A stretch of 64,000 bases of DNA from Macrostomum lignano (lineage: Eukaryota), in assembly GCA_002269645.1 (NCBI GenBank), contig NIVC01001465.1, forward strand, positions 89,720 through 153,719, written 5' to 3'. This document shows positions 61,271-64,000 of this stretch, piece after piece (positions within the stretch are counted from its first letter, which is position 1; each line of letters starts with the position of its first letter). Under the pieces are notes generated by a model. That model was given only the letters and a program-made list of their open reading frames with translations. It made no database searches and was not told the origin of the DNA. A program made the translations under genes and the position numbers.

Positions 61271-61958
61271 CGCTTCCGGACATTTGCCCTCCGGCACTTC
61301 CCCTCCGGCACTTGCCCTCCGGCACTTCCCCTCGGCGGCGTTTGCCCTCCGGACATTTGCCCTCGGGGACATTTGCCCTCCGGACATTTGCCCTCCGGAC
61401 ATTTCCCCTCGGGGACATTTGCCCTTGGGGACATTTGCCCTCTGGACATTTGCCCTCCGGACATTTGCCCTCGGGGACATTTGCCCTCCGGACATTTCCC
61501 CTCGGGGACATTTGCCCTTGGGGACATTTGCCCTCCGGACATTTGCCCTCCGGACATTTCCCCTCCGCACATTTGCCCTCTGCAAATTTACCCCCTCGCA
61601 CATTACTCACCTCACCTCCTCCTGTACCCACCCGTCGTTCCTCCAGCACCAACCTCATCCTCCCGCCTCTTGCATCCATCAGGTTCTTCTCCAGCCAACA
61701 ACTCATCCTTTTCTAGTAAGCAATATATACCCGCGCCCTACCCTATCCCCAGCCTTACCTGTACTTTTCCAGAGGGGAAATGTCCGGAGGGCAAATGTCC
61801 CCGAGGGCAAATGTCCCCGAGGGCAAATGTCCGGAGGGCAAATGTCCAGAGGGCAAATGTCCCGAGGGCAAATGTCCTCGAGGGCAAATGTCCGGAGGGG
61901 AAATGCCGGAGGGCAAATGTCCGGAGGGCAAATGCCGGAGGGCAAATGTCCGGTAGCC
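61271..61958. mobile_element. Foldback MITE with inverted arrays of GGACATTTGCCCTCC; TAA flanks (PIF/Harbinger-like)
   Basis: Forward array 61277-61580, reverse array 61773-61955; TAA at 61268-70 and 61959-61. Confidence 0.65.
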
Positions 61959-63762
61959 TAAAAATAAAGTTAGAAAATCAAAGAGACACTCAATTGCTTT
62001 TGCAAGATTATATTTCATCTTTTTTTTTATAAAGCAACAATACTTGATTGCTACTAAAAGTACTAATGCTGAACTTTTTCACATTAATAAAAATTAGAGT
62101 TTGCCAATGTTTTTTATTATTATACTTTATTAGGTATATTTTATAAGTTTTTAAGTCAATAATATAGTTTATTAAATTATCCATGTTTTACTCTACCTTT
62201 TCTAATATTTTTTTCAATTTTTAAAAATTAATAACTTTGGCTACAGGAATCTATGGAATGTGAAAGCAACTATCATATTTCTGTAGTCATAGCCATAAGA
62301 GCAGCTAGCTACCATAGGCATATCTATAGCTGCCAAAGGCACCTATTTTACCATATTTGCTATAAGATCCCATAGCCATAGCTATGGCTATAGTGGAATA
62401 CTACAAATAGTCAAATTGCAATGCATAGGCATTTTGGTATATAGCACCAGCGCTGATCAGCCTGGCATAGCATGGCAGGGCAAAGCAGCAGCCCTATTGG
62501 AAAAAGTTTCAAAAACCCGCAGACTTGCAACACGGGTGCTAAAATTGTTAGCTAAAATTGCTAGCTAAAATTGCTAAAACCCTTAAAAGTGCGACATGAC
62601 ACCAAATTTTGTTGACTAGGGGGGGCAATGCGGTGACGCAACACCAATGTCTGTTGACCAAATGACGGGGGATACAAAATCAGGGCATCAAGCATTCACT
62701 TAAATTGACAATTCCCGTTTTGCCGTTCACTCCCAAGACTAAGACCATGGGGCAAGGGACAAGAGTATTCCTTTCAATTTTGCAGAAGAAATAATAAAAT
62801 TAAAAAACAAGAAAAAGTAAAACAACAATGGTACAGCAGTTAAAAAAACAGTGCCTACATTGTAACTAACAAGTAACATTTCTAAAAATTATATTTGAAG
62901 TATTAGTTACTTTACCATCAAAATAAAAAAACCAATTCAAGAACTAGTTATTATCAAACATGTTTGAAACATTTAAATACCGAGAAACAGCTGTGAACAG
63001 ATTACAATGAAACGCAGTTTGCAAGGTTTTGGCTGCAGATCCAGGCCACAATGTGACACATGATGACACCAGGTTGCCACAGTGTTGTGCAGCCGCAACG
63101 CGACACAACGCTAGATGGCACTATTGCGCAACTCGACACACCATTTGATACCACTGTTGTGCAACATGACACCAGGAGAATCTGAAAATGTGATGAATGG
63201 TCGTCTGCATTTTGTCAACTTATTCCAATAGGGAGCAGCAGGAGGTATGGCATGGTGTTACAAAGTAGGGGGAGGCAACGGAGCTGAATAGTGTGAAGCA
63301 GTCCCCCATCTATCATGTCACTGTGGTGCAGTTAGGGTAGGCATCCACACACCGATGTCATGCATTGCAATAGGATCAGAAAAGTGGTGTATGAATTTGG
63401 TTGATTTCCTTTATTACATTGACTAAAGTAGGAAGCAATGTGAAAAGCAAACCAAAATTCCAATTAATCAGTGCAGATATAACAAAGCCACATAATAAAT
63501 ACAGTCAAACAATAAACATGATAAAACAGAGACTTAATTTTAATAAAAATTACTAGACTTGATAATATTAATATTAATAGTTCTATGTTTAAATTAAAAT
63601 GTATGTAATAAAAATTTCATGGTCACAGACAGTTTCATGCACAGTCTAGTTCCAATCATGCATGAAAAAAATCATGGTCAGTCAATCCCTAGTTCGTACA
63701 AGCTTAAGAAATTTTAGTTATAAAAAATTTTGTATTTTATAATTTTTGATAAAAAATGTACA

Positions 63763-63997
63763 TCCTATATACTAAAAAAGAAAATCTTGCTTGCTTGCTT
63801 GCTTGTAATCGATTAGAGAAAATGGCTGGACCGATTTTGTTCGAACTTGCACTGTTCGATCAGAAATTTCCCGTGACTGTACATGCATCGTGGCTAAGAA
63901 ATTGCTCGATGCTAAAAGGCATTAAATATTCGAAAACATGCTTTTTTGCAAAGGTCAAGCAAAGTTTTCGACTTGAAATGCATTGTAAGAATGCTAG
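63763..63997 (+). mobile_element. Helitron-like non-autonomous element
   Basis: A|TCCTATATACTAAAAAAG..(CTTG)n..GGACCGATTTT; ends CTAG. Confidence 0.4.
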
Positions 63998-64000
63998 AGA

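Overview
This is eukaryotic (animal) genomic DNA, not prokaryotic. It is extremely repeat-rich, and spliceosomal GT-AG introns are filled with intron-specific minisatellites; the style resembles free-living flatworm genomes such as Macrostomum (inference only). Host genes reconstructed by hand: an intronless GT-A-fold glycosyltransferase (-), a partial multi-exon coiled-coil gene (-), PCBD (+, 5' exon not found), a 6-exon DUF4476/PROSER1-N-like gene (+), and a 4-exon ceramide glucosyltransferase (UGCG-like, -) with non-canonical active-site residues. Mobile DNA: a 5'-truncated Ngaro/DIRS tyrosine-recombinase retroelement, a spliced Tc1-type DD35E transposase gene, a nearly intact LOA-clade non-LTR element plus a young truncated copy, hAT-type MITEs carrying CT/GA tracts, Helitron-like ends, foldback MITEs, and MULE and Tc1 relics. 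There is also a 7.4-kb 25-bp satellite whose single-copy ancestral state is visible in a neighbouring paralog, a ~3.9-kb CpG desert, and a 70-bp 28S rRNA fragment mutated at the R2 target site. Most long ORFs in the track are repeat artefacts. All alignments and counts were done by eye; no database searches were run.
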